Shown here piece by piece: positions 10,303 to 19,888 of a stretch of DNA of 64,000 nt; position 1 is the stretch's first letter; each line of letters starts with the position of its first letter. The notes under the pieces are model-generated. The model did not search any database, was not told the origin of the DNA, and saw only the letters and a program-made list of their open reading frames with translations. A program made the position numbers and the translations under genes. The stretch lies in contig CAVRCI010000013.1 of the NCBI GenBank assembly GCA_963719495.1, positions 448,001-512,000 of the forward strand, in the 5' to 3' direction. This DNA comes from an uncultured Verrucomicrobiae bacterium. Its GTDB lineage: Bacteria; Verrucomicrobiota; Verrucomicrobiia; Chthoniobacterales; JAATET01.

Positions 10303-11809
10303 CAACGGTGTTGAACGCACTGAGGAAGACGAGCCCGTAGCGGGGCAATGGAGAAAGGAGGAAGGCGCAGGTGGGGTCGAGTATCCGGGGGTTCCGAAAT
10401 GATTCGCTGGGCGCGCGGAGAAGAAAGAGGTGGCAAAGAGAAAGAAAGACTTGACATCTGGCAGGGAAGGTGGGCGAAAATTTACATGCCTAATCATATT
10501 GATTCATCCGCTGCCTTCGCCACCTCGCTGATCGACTCGTCCGCCGGAGAGGAGTTCTTCAGGCCGTTGCAAACCATCCTCAGCCAGTGCGAGAAAACGC
10601 GGGCGTGCCCGGACTTGAGCGACGCGGATTGGTTTGGTCTGGGAATCTTGCGAGTCTTCCACGAGGTCAAAAGCGGGAGGGGATTTTTGCAGGAGATCGT
10701 GCCGCATCTGCCGAGTGCCCCCGACTACAATCAATTTTTTGCGACCTTGCGCAGTCCCCGGCGGCTGGCCGCGTGCCAGGAGGCCGACAGCCTGCTGGCG
10801 GGGGAAGCGGCCCGCATTCTCCCGGACGCCTTGGCCGGGGAGCCGGAACTTGAGAAGTTCGACGTTTACGCCGGAGACGGTCACTGGCACGGAGCGGCGG
10901 CCCACGACAAAGCGCCTTTTGCCAACAGCCGCTCCAAGAGCGCTTGCGGACACCTTTTCGCTCAGGACCTGCGTCGTGGCCTGCTGCGCCACATCACCAC
11001 CGCCGACGGGATCGAGCGCGAACACGAACACGACTTGCGTGCGCTCAAACGCCAGACCCGAACGGCCTTGCGCCAAGGTGCGCCCAAAGGCCGCAAAGTC
11101 CTCTACATCTGGGACCGCGCCGGGATCGACTATCAGGCGTGGCAGGACTGGAAGATCAATGGCGGCATCTACTTTGTTTCCCGCGAAAAAACCGGTTCCG
11201 CCTTTGTGGCTCATTCCAACAAGCTCTGGGAGCGCGCCGACCCGCGTAACGCCGGCATCCTCAGTGACGAACGCGGCCACAGCAGCGCCGGCATCCCGCT
11301 TCGCCGCGTCAGTGTCGTCGATGCGCTCACCGGCACGACCTACGTCTTCATCACCAACGAAATGACCCTGCCTCCAGGTCTCATCGCCGAACTCTACCGC
11401 CGCCGCTGGGACATCGAGAAATCCTTCGACACGCTCAAAAACAAATTCGGCGAAACCCGCGCTTGGGCGACCTCTCCCACAGCCAAAACCATGCAAGCGC
11501 TCTTCATCTGCATGACTCATCAACTCCTGCTCGTGCTCAGTCATCACCTCGACCGTGATCACGACATCACACCCAAAGCCGAACTCCAACGCCGCCGCCA
11601 ACGCATCGACTCCCAGATCGCCTTTGCCACCGCCGCCGGTCGGGCTTTCCCTTCCCTGCGCGCAGCCGCCAAGAACCTCTCCCAGTTCACCGTCAAGTTC
11701 CTGCGCTGGCTACGCCATGCTTTGCGATCAAACGCTCTCTGGCATCATCTTCTGGACTCCCTCCGCCTGTCCTATGCCAAACTATAGTTTCATACTTTCA
11801 ACTCCGTTG
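10303..11809 (+). mobile_element. IS4-family insertion sequence
   Basis: TIRs CAACGGTGTTGAA / TTCAACTCCGTTG flank a DDE transposase; no target duplication seen. Confidence 0.8.
10486..11787 (+). CDS. IS4-family DDE transposase
   Basis: AGDG...WDRAG...LYRRRWDIEKSFDTLK (Y-2-R-3-E-6-K signature). Confidence 0.9.
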   Translation: MPNHIDSSAAFATSLIDSSAGEEFFRPLQTILSQCEKTRACPDLSDADWFGLGILRVFHEVKSGRGFLQEIVPHLPSAPDYNQFFATLRSPRRLAACQEADSLLAGEAARILPDALAGEPELEKFDVYAGDGHWHGAAAHDKAPFANSRSKSACGHLFAQDLRRGLLRHITTADGIEREHEHDLRALKRQTRTALRQGAPKGRKVLYIWDRAGIDYQAWQDWKINGGIYFVSREKTGSAFVAHSNKLWERADPRNAGILSDERGHSSAGIPLRRVSVVDALTGTTYVFITNEMTLPPGLIAELYRRRWDIEKSFDTLKNKFGETRAWATSPTAKTMQALFICMTHQLLLVLSHHLDRDHDITPKAELQRRRQRIDSQIAFATAAGRAFPSLRAAAKNLSQFTVKFLRWLRHALRSNALWHHLLDSLRLSYAKL

Positions 11810-12172
11810 ATCCCCAAGTTCGTTCTTTGGCTCAAAGATGCTGGCGACCCGCTCCCACGCGAATTCTCCGCCGGAGGGTCTTGACCAGTTCGGCGCCGAG
11901 GCGCAGCGCTGGATTTGCTCGTCGGGCCTCAGCTTCACCCGACCCCGACGCTTCGCAACCCGGCGCTCCGTTCTCCATACACGAGAATTCCCGACGAACG
12001 AGATTTCGGAAATTGCGCTTTACCGGACTACGCCGTGCTTCCCGTCGACGCCGAAGTCAGCCCCGGAATGTACAGATTTGCATTCTGCGGTTTGTCCTGG
12101 CGGGTTTCAACGGTTTCGCCGCCCGGCGAGCGTAATGCAACGTGACGCCGCACCTCCTTTGGTCACGTTGCC

Positions 12173-13802
12173 TTACCCGCGGACGCGCGCGTCCATGATC
12201 CAACGCAACGGAATCGCGCCGTGCCCGAGCATCCAGTCGTTGAATTCCTTGAGCGTCCATCCCTCGCCGACGACGAAGTGGTGGTGCAGCCGCTCGACTT
12301 CGAGCCGCCCGAGCAGATAGCTCATCGGCACGGTTGGCGACGACGTGTACCAGTTCACGTCGCCCTGCGCGCGGCGGCGGGTGAATCCAACGCCGTTCAT
12401 GAGCAGATTGCAGGCGGCCCCGTAGGATAATTTTCCGGTGTGCAGACCGCAATCGATCACGATCCGGTAAGCCCGCCAGAGCGCATCCTGGAGCTGGATT
12501 AGCTTCGCTTCAGGCAACGTCACGAGCCGCTGCTCGACGCACATTTTCTCGCACCAGAGCGTCCAGCCTTCGTAAAAAATCGCGTGCGCAAACAATCGCC
12601 TCAGCTTGCTCGGATGCCGGTTCTGAATCGCAAATTGCAGGTGGTGGCCCGGATACGCCTCGTGCGCGGCGGTGAGTTCCAGGCCGAAGTGCTGTTGAAT
12701 TTCCGCCCGCTTCTTTGCCGCGGAATTCACCGTGAGGCTCAGGTCGTTGAGCCAAAAAATCCCGACCTGCCGCCGCGAGAAGGCGGGCGGCTGGTTGTAG
12801 GCCGCCGTCGGGAAGTGGTGCCGGAGAAATTCCGGCACCGGCAACACGTCGAGCGACTCGCCCTTCGGCAGCGTCACGAGATCAAGTTCGCCCAGCCGCC
12901 GAAGAATCGCCGCGGTCGTCTCGCGATATTCGTCGATCAAAGGCCGCTCGGGCACCCACTTGGCCGCCGCCGCGTCGATCGTCTTCCGCGCGTCCTTCGA
13001 CCCCACGCGTTTCGCTTCGGCTTTCAGTTCGCTCTTCAGCTGCGCAATCAGCTCCCAGCCATCCGCCTCGATCTCGGCGATGGATTGATCGAATCCCATC
13101 CGCTCGCGAATGAGAACGCCCAGCGCGTCCGCACCAACCGCAAACCCTCCCGCCGGGCCGGGGCTTTTCCGGACGATCGTCTTCCCGTAATCCGCCAGCG
13201 CCGCCGACGCCCGCGCAATCCCTTCCCGCGTTCCCTCGGGATGACCCGAAGCGGCGACCAACGTCTCCTCGAGACCACGCAGAAATTCCATCCCGCCGTC
13301 GCAAGCCTGGGTCGCCAGCTGCGTCCAAAGCGGGATGGGTTTTTTGAGGCAGGCCGCGCCGTTGCGGAGGTATTTCGGGATCTGATTCAGCCGCGAGTCG
13401 ATCGCCGGCAGCACCTTTTCCAAATTCCCGGCGTTCCGAATCACGAGGTCGAAGATCGAGCCAATCGCCGCGTCCACGTGGATCTGCGGGTTCTTCCGCC
13501 AGCGCTCGAACTCCCCGTCCAGCACCGCGCTCGTCCGCAGATCGGCCAGCATCCCGCGTCGATCCAAATAGTCGTCCCCGCGAAAAACCGCTTCCGGCAG
13601 AGCCTCGATCTCGTCGGTCGCGCGGATCGTCAGCGCGTTTTGCGCCCGGTAGTCCGCCGCTGAGTTTCGACTCAGCCGGGAATCGAATTGATCCAATCCG
13701 AGCGGGCTGGCCCCCTCGGGGAAGCGCTCGTAACTCTCCTCGAGAAACGCTTTGCTCGCCTTTTGAAATCGGGTGATCGCGGGGTGTTTTTTTGCCGCTC
13801 AT
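12173..13802 (-). CDS. DUF885-family putative metallopeptidase (one-base frameshift near start)
   Basis: HEAYPGHHLQ, FYEGWTLWCE, SYLLG motifs; ATG at 13802 is out of frame by one base at an A7 run. Confidence 0.85.
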
Positions 13803-14638
13803 TCCGTGGCGTTGAGCAGATTCCCCGAGTCATCGACCTTCGAGAGCGCCAGCGATTCCATTTCGTTGGCCAAGTCGCGCATCTCCTCGACTTCCGTCTG
13901 CGAAGGCGGACGCTCACCGATACCGTCCACCTCGGATTTGAGGATCTTCATGTTCGCCGTGAGCTGAGTGACCAACTCGGTCTTGCGAAGCCGCGGATTC
14001 AGCGTCTCCAGCCGGTCGATGAAGTAGCTGATCACGTCAGGCCGCTTGAGGCCCTCGGCGCGCGTCGGCGTATAATTCGCCGCCGTCGCGTTGGCCGCCA
14101 ATTGAAATCCCCGCAACCACCCGCCGAAGCTGATCACGTGCGCCATCTCCTCGTCGCGCAGCGCCATCATCGAAGCCTCGATGTCGCCCTGCGTCGCGAT
14201 TAATTCCTCTCGCAGCGCCATCCAATTCCCCGCCTTCCCTTGGTCCACCAGACTCTTCGCCCGCGTGAGCAAACTGCTCCCCACACCCAGGCTCTGCGAC
14301 TGCCGGATCAACGCCCGCCCGATGTCCTCGATGTCCTGCGGCCGCTGCGCGATCACGATCACGAACCCATCCGCGACGAGAGCCCCGAAATGCAAACCCG
14401 TCTGGAACCGATTGGGAAAAGTCGCCTCGCGATCATTCTCGTCGAGGATCTCCATCGGGATCGGGCGAAACGCGTCCAAATCGAGCAGCAGCTTCTGGAT
14501 GTCCGGAGCCGTCACCTCGTTCACCCCCAACTCCTCGCGCATGTGATCGTCCGATCCCTCCTCGAAATCCCCGCCTTGCCCGCGGACGCCCGACAACGTC
14601 AAAGCCAGCAACAGGATCGAAAGCGCGCGACAATTCAT
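13799..14638 (-). CDS. Hypothetical exported protein
   Basis: Signal-peptide-like start; ATGA overlap with the DUF885 gene. Confidence 0.75.
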   Translation of the reverse strand: MNCRALSILLLALTLSGVRGQGGDFEEGSDDHMREELGVNEVTAPDIQKLLLDLDAFRPIPMEILDENDREATFPNRFQTGLHFGALVADGFVIVIAQRPQDIEDIGRALIRQSQSLGVGSSLLTRAKSLVDQGKAGNWMALREELIATQGDIEASMMALRDEEMAHVISFGGWLRGFQLAANATAANYTPTRAEGLKRPDVISYFIDRLETLNPRLRKTELVTQLTANMKILKSEVDGIGERPPSQTEVEEMRDLANEMESLALSKVDDSGNLLNATE

Positions 14639-14735
14639 AGCCAACTCCGCGAACGTGACAGATCACCCACTGGATGTCCAACGTCGCAGCCACAATCTCC
14701 TTCCGTTCGCCAAAGGAAGTTCGATACTCGCGCCC

Positions 14736-15833
14736 ATGATCATTGGCGTCCCCAAGGAAATCAAAGAACAGGAATACCGCGTCGCCCTCCTCCCCGCCGC
14801 CGCCTACCAACTCACCAAGCGCGGCCACCAAGTCCTCGTCGAGACCGACGCCGGAGCCGGCTGCGGCTACCTCGACGACGAATACACCAAGGCCGGAGCC
14901 GAGATCATCCCCGATCACGCCACCGTCTTCGCCCGCGCCGACCTCATCGTGAAGGTCAAGGAACCGCTCGCCGCCGAATACGACCTCCTGCGCCCCGGCC
15001 AACTCCTCTTCACCTACCTCCACCTCGCCGCCAACCGCCCCCTCACCGAGGCCCTCCTGCGCACCGGCGCGACCTGCATCGCCTACGAAACCATCGAGGT
15101 CAACCGCCGCCTCCCCCTCCTCGAACCCATGAGCGAGATCGCCGGCCGCATGTCCGTCATCGTCGGCGGCCACCACCTCGCCAAGCACCACGGCGGCAAA
15201 GGCATCCTCCTCGGCGGCGTCCCCGGCGTCCTCCCGGGCAAGGTCGTCGTCATCGGCGGCGGCACCTCCGGCGTCAACGCCGCCCGCATGGCCATGGGCC
15301 TCGGCGCCGACGTCACCATCCTCGAAGTCGACCTCGAGCGCATGCGCTTCCTCGACATCACCATGCACAACGCCCACACCCTCTTCTCCAGCGAAGCCAG
15401 CCTCACCGACCTCCTCCCCACCGTCGACCTCCTCATCGGCGCCGTCCTCGTCCCCGGCGCCCGCGCCCCCAAGCTCATCAACCGCGAAATGCTCCGCGCG
15501 ATGAAGCCCGGCAGCGTCCTCGTCGACATCGCCATCGACCAAGGCGGCTGCGCCGAGACCTCCCACCCCACCACCCACCACGACCCCACCTACTACGAAG
15601 AGGAAATCCTCCACTACTGCGTCGCCAACATGCCCGGTGCCTACGCCCGCACCGCCACCCAGGCCCTCACCAACGTCACCTACCGCTACGTCGAAATCCT
15701 CGCCGACCTCGGCCTCGAAGCCGCTCTCGAAAAAATCCCCGCCCTCCGTGGCGGCATCAACGTCCAGAACGGCCACGTCACCTGCCGCCCCGTCGCCGAA
15801 GCCCTCGACCTCCCCTTCACCGAACCCGATTGA
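14736..15833 (+). CDS. ald: Alanine dehydrogenase
   Basis: [43 protein letters not shown]. Confidence 0.97.
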   Translation: MIIGVPKEIKEQEYRVALLPAAAYQLTKRGHQVLVETDAGAGCGYLDDEYTKAGAEIIPDHATVFARADLIVKVKEPLAAEYDLLRPGQLLFTYLHLAANRPLTEALLRTGATCIAYETIEVNRRLPLLEPMSEIAGRMSVIVGGHHLAKHHGGKGILLGGVPGVLPGKVVVIGGGTSGVNAARMAMGLGADVTILEVDLERMRFLDITMHNAHTLFSSEASLTDLLPTVDLLIGAVLVPGARAPKLINREMLRAMKPGSVLVDIAIDQGGCAETSHPTTHHDPTYYEEEILHYCVANMPGAYARTATQALTNVTYRYVEILADLGLEAALEKIPALRGGINVQNGHVTCRPVAEALDLPFTEPD

Positions 15834-15862
15834 CACCCAACCGTTAGACGGTAGCGTCTAAC
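15830..15862 (+). promoter_or_regulatory. Putative TA promoter with operator palindrome
   Basis: TTGACA at 15830 and GTTAGACG-gtag-CGTCTAAC inverted repeat just before the antitoxin ATG. Confidence 0.6.
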
Positions 15863-15864
15863 CC

Positions 15865-16092
15865 ATGCAAACGGTCACGACCCGCGAGTTCTATCACAAC
15901 GCCAAGTTGGTTGACGCCCTTCCGCTTGGCGGCAAACTCCTGGTCACCTCGCGCGGAAAACCGAAGTTCACCGTAACCCGCTCCGGGGATGGCGAAAAAA
16001 TGACAACCGAACTGGCGGAGAAGCTCGCAATGTCCACCGGGATGGCCACCGTGATCGATTCAACGGCATTGCTGCGCGACCTTCGAGATTGA
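15865..16092 (+). CDS. Phd/YefM-like antitoxin
   Basis: MQTVTTREF...LLVTSRGKP; overlaps the downstream PIN gene. Confidence 0.75.
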   Translation: MQTVTTREFYHNAKLVDALPLGGKLLVTSRGKPKFTVTRSGDGEKMTTELAEKLAMSTGMATVIDSTALLRDLRD

Positions 16093-16571
16093 AAGCCTAC
16101 GGAGATTCGTCGTGGTGGCTGGCGTATAAAATCAACGAGGATGTCCACCATGGAGCCGCGATTCAGATCTTCAATCAGGTCGACGGGTGCAAAGTTGCCT
16201 GGACCCCATGGCAGCGCTTGGAGATTTTCAATAGTTTGCATCAGTTCGAGCGCCGTGGCGACTTGGGCACGAACCGCGCCCGCGATTTCATCCGCCAACT
16301 CGAGAACGAAGTCCGTTTAGGCTATTGGCCTCACGTCGAGTTCAGTTGGACCAACGCCGTCCGCCGGGCCAACGAAATCAGCGCCGCCCACGGCCCCAAC
16401 CTCCCGATCCGCGGCATGGACCTCTTCCACATCGCCATCGCCCTCGAGATCGACACCGACCTCCTCCTCACCTTCGACGCCGACCAAGCCGCCCTCGCCG
16501 AAGCCGTCGGCATCCCGGTCCACCCCTGGCCCCCAAAACCCGAATCAGAAAATCTGCGTCCTTCTGCGTAA
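16089..16571 (+). CDS. PIN-domain (VapC-like) toxin
   Basis: AYGDSS...RGMDLFHIAIA...LLTFDADQ PIN acidic motifs. Confidence 0.85.
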   Translation: MKAYGDSSWWLAYKINEDVHHGAAIQIFNQVDGCKVAWTPWQRLEIFNSLHQFERRGDLGTNRARDFIRQLENEVRLGYWPHVEFSWTNAVRRANEISAAHGPNLPIRGMDLFHIAIALEIDTDLLLTFDADQAALAEAVGIPVHPWPPKPESENLRPSA

Positions 16572-16587
16572 TCTGCGGACAAAAAGC

Positions 16588-17853
16588 ATGAATCTCGAAG
16601 ATCTCACCCACCAGATCGGTCGCCAGGCCCGCGTCGCCTCCCGCGCCCTCGCCAACCTCCCGACCGCCACCAAGAACGCCATCCTCCACGCGATGGCCGA
16701 CGAACTCCTCGCCCGCACCGACCTCGTCACCGCCGAGAACGCCCAGGACGTCGCCAACGCCGAAGCCGCCGGCCTCACCCGCGCCTCCGTCGACCGCCTC
16801 CGCCTCGACCCCGACCGCGTCGCCGCCATCGCCGCCGGCATCCGCCAGGTCGCCACCCTCCCCGACCCCGTCAACGAAACCCTCCGCGACTGGACCCGCC
16901 CGAACGGCCTCCGCATCACCAAGATCCGCAAGCCCATCGGCGTCATCGGCATCATCTACGAATCCCGGCCCAACGTCACCAGCGACGCCGCCGTCCTCTG
17001 CATCAAGACCGGCAACGCCGTCATCCTCCGCGGCGGCAGCGAATCCCTCCGCTCCAACCTCGCCATCGCCGACGCCCTCCAGACCGGCGGCGCCCGCGCC
17101 GGCCTCCCCGACCACGCCGTCCAGCTCATCCCCGTCACCGACCGCGACGCCGTCCGCCTCATGTGCCAGATGGACGACTGCATCGACGTGATCGTCCCGC
17201 GCGGAGGCCACGGCCTCATCGAAACGGTCGTCACCCACGCCCGCATGCCCGTCATCAAACACTACGACGGCGTCTGCCACGTCTACGTCGACGAACACGC
17301 CGACCTCGCCATGGCCGAATCCATCGTCCTCAACGCCAAAACCCAACGCCCCGGAGTCTGCAACGCCTTGGAAACCCTCCTCCTCCACGAAAAAATCGCC
17401 GAAGACTTCCTCCGCCAAGCCACCCCCGCCCTGGCAACCGCGCAGGTCGAACTCCGAGCCGAAGGCGAAACTTTCACTCAACTCTCAACTCTCAACTATC
17501 AACCCCTCGCCGCGGCGGAGAACTGGTCCACCGAATACCTCGACTTGATTCTAGCCGTAAAGACCGTCCCCTCCCTCGACGCCGCCATCGACCACGTCAA
17601 CCTCCACGGCAGCCACCACAGCGACGCCATCGTCACCACCGACGAATCCGCCGCCGACCGCTTCCTCAACGAAGTCGACTCGGCGACCATCTACCACAAC
17701 GCCTCCACCCGCTTCACCGACGGCGAAGAGTTCGGTTTCGGAGCCGAGATCGGCATCAGCACCGACAAACTCCACGCCAGAGGACCCATGGCCCTGGAGG
17801 AACTAACCACCTACCGCTACCAAATAAGAGGAGCCGGCCAAATCAAAGGATAG
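16588..17853 (+). CDS. proA: Gamma-glutamyl phosphate reductase
   Basis: IYESRPNVT, ILRGGSE, VCNALET, NASTRFTDG, ISTDKLHARGP. Confidence 0.97.
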   Translation: MNLEDLTHQIGRQARVASRALANLPTATKNAILHAMADELLARTDLVTAENAQDVANAEAAGLTRASVDRLRLDPDRVAAIAAGIRQVATLPDPVNETLRDWTRPNGLRITKIRKPIGVIGIIYESRPNVTSDAAVLCIKTGNAVILRGGSESLRSNLAIADALQTGGARAGLPDHAVQLIPVTDRDAVRLMCQMDDCIDVIVPRGGHGLIETVVTHARMPVIKHYDGVCHVYVDEHADLAMAESIVLNAKTQRPGVCNALETLLLHEKIAEDFLRQATPALATAQVELRAEGETFTQLSTLNYQPLAAAENWSTEYLDLILAVKTVPSLDAAIDHVNLHGSHHSDAIVTTDESAADRFLNEVDSATIYHNASTRFTDGEEFGFGAEIGISTDKLHARGPMALEELTTYRYQIRGAGQIKG

Positions 17854-17924
17854 CCCCCCTCAAGGAGCGGCGATTTGCAATCGCCGACCCAACCAAAAGG
17901 CGAAGCCTCAAACCAATCCCCCGC

Positions 17925-18200
17925 ATGCCCGCCCACCAAATCCACTACGAAGGCCGAGTCCAAGGCGTCGGCTTCCGCTACACCGTCAAGAGTCTCGCCA
18001 AAGGCTACGAGGTCACCGGCACCATCCGCAACCTCCCCGACGGCCGAGTCGAACTCCGAGCCCAATCCGACGAAGCCGAAGAGCTCACCGACTTCCTCAC
18101 CGCCATCCGCGAAAGCACCCTCGCCGGCCACATCCAAAACGAAACCGCAACCACCACCCAACCCGACCCGACCCTCCGAGGCTTCGCAATCGTCGCGTAG
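17925..18200 (+). CDS. acyP: Acylphosphatase
   Basis: GRVQGVGFRY...IRNLPDGRVE. Confidence 0.93.
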   Translation: MPAHQIHYEGRVQGVGFRYTVKSLAKGYEVTGTIRNLPDGRVELRAQSDEAEELTDFLTAIRESTLAGHIQNETATTTQPDPTLRGFAIVA

Positions 18201-18318
18201 CGCCGCGGGGGACCGCGACCTTCCAGGTCGCCGGTCCCGGCTTCCAGCCGGGACCCCCAACCAAACCGGCGAAGCCGCACTTCCAAAACCTCCCACCAAG
18301 TGCGATAAGAACCCCGCC

Positions 18319-19203
18319 ATGCCAACCGCCGTCTCCCTCCAGAATCTCACCAAAGTCTACCCCGTCCCGCTCCGCCGCGAGCGCCTCGTCGCCGTCCGCG
18401 ACCTCAGCCTCACCATCCCCGAAGGCGAAGTCTTCGGCCTCCTCGGCCCCAACGGCTCCGGCAAGAGCACCACGCTCAAAATGCTCCTCGGCCTCGCCCG
18501 CCCCACCTCCGGCACCGCCGAAGTCTTCGGCCACGCCAGCGGCAGTTTCCCCGCCCGCTCCGAAGTCGGCTTCCTCCCCGAAAACCCCTACTTCTACAAA
18601 TTCCTCACCGGCGCCGAGACCCTCGCCTTCTACGGCAAACTCAGCGGCCTCGGCGGCAAACCGCTCAAAGCCCGCACCGACGAACTCCTCGACCTCGTCG
18701 GCCTCCAATCCGCCCGCGACCGCCGCGTCGGCGGCTACTCCAAGGGCATGCTCCAGCGCATCGGACTCGCCCAAGCCATCATCCAGGACCCCCGCCTCGT
18801 TGTCCTCGACGAACCCACCGCCGGAGTCGATCCCGCCGGCTCCCGTCAGATTCGCGACCTCATCCTGGAGCTCAAAAACCGCGGCACCACCGTCCTCCTC
18901 ACCTCCCACCTCCTCGAGCAGGTCCAGGACGTCTGCGATCGCGTCGGCATCATGGCCAAAGGTCAAATGGTCCGCCTCGGCCCGTTGGAAGAATTGGTCG
19001 CCGTCGACAACCAAACCCAGTTCATCGTCGAAAACGCCGACCCCACCCTCACCGAAAAAATCACCGCCCTCATCCAGGAGTCGAAATCCGCCACCCTCCT
19101 GGAAACCCGCCAACCCCAACGCTCCCTCGAACGAGTCTTCCTCGAAGTCACCCAGGAAGAAAAAAATCCCGTCAATCCTGTGAATCCAGTCAATCCCGTT
19201 TAG
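18319..19203 (+). CDS. ABC transporter ATP-binding protein
   Basis: GPNGSGKST, YSKGMLQR, LDEPT; C-terminal NPV x4 from a 9-bp repeat. Confidence 0.93.
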   Translation: MPTAVSLQNLTKVYPVPLRRERLVAVRDLSLTIPEGEVFGLLGPNGSGKSTTLKMLLGLARPTSGTAEVFGHASGSFPARSEVGFLPENPYFYKFLTGAETLAFYGKLSGLGGKPLKARTDELLDLVGLQSARDRRVGGYSKGMLQRIGLAQAIIQDPRLVVLDEPTAGVDPAGSRQIRDLILELKNRGTTVLLTSHLLEQVQDVCDRVGIMAKGQMVRLGPLEELVAVDNQTQFIVENADPTLTEKITALIQESKSATLLETRQPQRSLERVFLEVTQEEKNPVNPVNPVNPV

Positions 19204-19230
19204 TTGGCTAAAAACCGCCGCCAAGCACCC

Positions 19231-19860
19231 ATGACCTACTTCATCACCGGCACCGACACCGAAGTCGGCAAAACCTACTTCACCAACCTCCTCATCCGCG
19301 CCCTCCGCGAAGCCGGCAAAGACGCCGTCGGCATGAAGCCCATCGCTTGCGGCTCCAACGAAGACACCGGCATCCTCGTCGCCGCCTCCGGCAACGACGT
19401 CTCCCTCTCCGACCTCAACCCCGAGTATTTCGAGCATCCCGTCGCCCCCCTCACCGCCGCCAATCTCGCGGGCCGCGCCATCGATGTCGACCGCATCCTC
19501 GCCGCGCACCACCGCCTCACCGAAGCCCACGAGATCGTCATCGTCGAAGGAGCCGGCGGCTGGCAGACCCCCATTCTCGCCGATTTCACCATGGGCGACC
19601 TCGCCCGCTCCATGGACGCAACCGTCGTCGTCGTCGTCGCCAACAAACTCGGCGCCCTCAACCACACCCTCCTCACCCTCGCGAGCATCAAGCACTTCGG
19701 CCTCCCCTGCGCCGGCATCGTTTTCAATCACATTGGCAGCTGCGAAGACATCGCCGCCCAGACGAACCGCAGGATCCTCGATCAAATCACCGCCGTCCCC
19801 ATCCTCTGGGAACTCGCCGCCGACCAAACCAAACTGGACGATGTAGCGGCGGTTCTATGA
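19231..19860 (+). CDS. bioD: Dethiobiotin synthase
   Basis: FITGTDTEVGKT, MKPIACG, VEGAGG, LGALNHTLLT. Confidence 0.95.
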   Translation: MTYFITGTDTEVGKTYFTNLLIRALREAGKDAVGMKPIACGSNEDTGILVAASGNDVSLSDLNPEYFEHPVAPLTAANLAGRAIDVDRILAAHHRLTEAHEIVIVEGAGGWQTPILADFTMGDLARSMDATVVVVVANKLGALNHTLLTLASIKHFGLPCAGIVFNHIGSCEDIAAQTNRRILDQITAVPILWELAADQTKLDDVAAVL

Positions 19861-19888
19861 ACCGCTCACCCTGCCGCCCCGCACGTCG

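Noticed and set aside
13473..13482. TCCACGTGGA as a third parS
   Set aside because: Only the 10-bp core matches; the flanks do not
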